Positions 5,149 to 5,674 of a DNA stretch of 5,674 nt are shown piece after piece. The DNA comes from Chlorokybus atmophyticus. Lineage: Eukaryota; Plantae; Mesostigma and Chlorokybus algae. A program made the translations under genes and the position numbers. The stretch covers positions 1-5,674 of the forward strand of contig RHPI01003422.1 in the NCBI GenBank assembly GCA_009103225.1. The letters are read 5' to 3'. Each line of letters starts with the position of its first letter. The first letter of the stretch is position 1. The notes under the pieces are model-generated. The model worked only from the letters and a program-made list of their open reading frames with translations, searched no databases and was not told the origin of the DNA.

Positions 5149-5674
5149 TGGGCCGTTATCGGCATGACTGCTGGTCCACCGAGGTCGACACACCAGGAGC
5201 TGTGCCGTCAACGGCACGACTGCTGCTGCTGCTGTGCCGACGTCGGCAGAAGTGCTACTGTGCCGAAGACGGCAGAAGCGCTGCTGTGCCGAAGTCGGCA
5301 GAAGTGCTATTGTGCCGAAAACGGCAGGATCGTTGCTGTGCCGCAGACGGCAGAAGCGCTGTTGTGCCGAAAACGGCATAAGCGCTGATGTGCCGAAGAC
5401 GGTGGGGTCGCAGCTGTGCCGAAGACGGCAGAAGCGCTGCTGTGCCGAAGACGTTAGAAACACTGCTGTGCCGAGGTCGGCCCAACGCAGTTTGCCCCGT
5501 CAGCGGCAGTAACCAGCTTGTGCCGGCTGACAGATGGTGACTTACGATCCTCTGCCGGCACAAAGCGACTTGTGCCGTCTTGGGAGAAGAACTGCTCGCA
5601 GAACTCGAAGGCAGGTGCCGCTGACGGCACAACTGGCTTGTGCCGAGAACGGATTCTGCTGCAGGCGCCGTGTG
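5149..5674. repeat. Tandem array with a 26-bp period, each unit carrying the palindrome (T)GTGCCG-N4-CGGCA; subterminal-repeat-like
   Basis: Exact TGTGCCG occurs at 5201, 5233, 5259, 5285, 5311, 5337, 5363, 5389, 5415, 5441, 5467, 5519, 5571 and 5639. Degenerate in-register units occur at 5149, 5175, 5493 and 5545. GTGCCG-CTGA-CGGCAC spans 5615-5630. Confidence 0.95.

Larger units (their letters stand above)
1..5674. mobile_element. Probable internal and subterminal portion of a large DNA transposon (CACTA/CMC-like or related) or another selfish element; superfamily unassigned
   Basis: Indirect only: a BED finger gene, orphan DNA/chromatin-binding genes, and a palindromic repeat array of the kind found subterminally in CACTA elements. 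No transposase motif, TIR pair or TSD is visible. Confidence 0.4.

Noticed and set aside
5233-5490. Leu3-type Zn2Cys6 binding sites (CCG-N4-CGG)
   Set aside because: The geometry matches, but Zn-cluster factors are typically fungal, none is encoded here, and the conserved motif extends beyond the CCG triplets.
5038-5632. Cys/Arg-rich repeat proteins (ORFs 5038..5388, 5116..5463, 5234..5512, 5255..5632)
   Set aside because: A 26-bp unit is not a multiple of 3, so the same peptide cycles through all frames. These are translation artefacts of the array.
5201-5674. CRISPR array
   Set aside because: The period is only 26 bp, there are no unique 25-45 bp spacers, the linkers are related to each other, no cas genes are present and the context is eukaryotic.
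1-5674. Transposase, integrase, reverse transcriptase, HUH or viral hallmark genes; rRNA or tRNA genes
   Set aside because: I recognised no catalytic motifs or structural RNA signatures in any frame, so the mobile-element call remains indirect.

Overview
Eukaryotic, intron-containing DNA. Short GT-AG introns with (T/C)GCAG acceptors, CTGAC/CTCAC/TAAC branch motifs, a TGTAA after the last stop and TTAGGG-type repeats suggest a green alga; this assignment is an inference. I rebuilt two divergent spliced genes by hand from splice signals and reading-frame phase. Gene A (minus strand, ATG at 2001, running off the left edge) encodes a BED-type Zn finger, a WW-like motif, an acidic tract, a coiled coil and an ER/K single-alpha-helix region. 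It has one in-frame TGA and one frame switch, so it may be decaying. Gene B (plus strand, 2407-4830, 6 exons, about 530 aa) has a clear N-terminal SAM domain, then weaker homeodomain-helix-3-like, BAH-like and RFX/D5-type winged-helix-like segments. The divergent intergenic region carries six (CCTAAC) telomere-type units and a GGC tract. From about 5149 to the right edge lies an array with a 26-bp period built on the palindrome TGTGCCG-N4-CGGCA. The best overall reading is the accessory-gene half and subterminal repeat array of a large DNA transposon or another selfish element. No transposase or terminus is provable within the window. All domain calls come from motif recognition by eye, with no database search.
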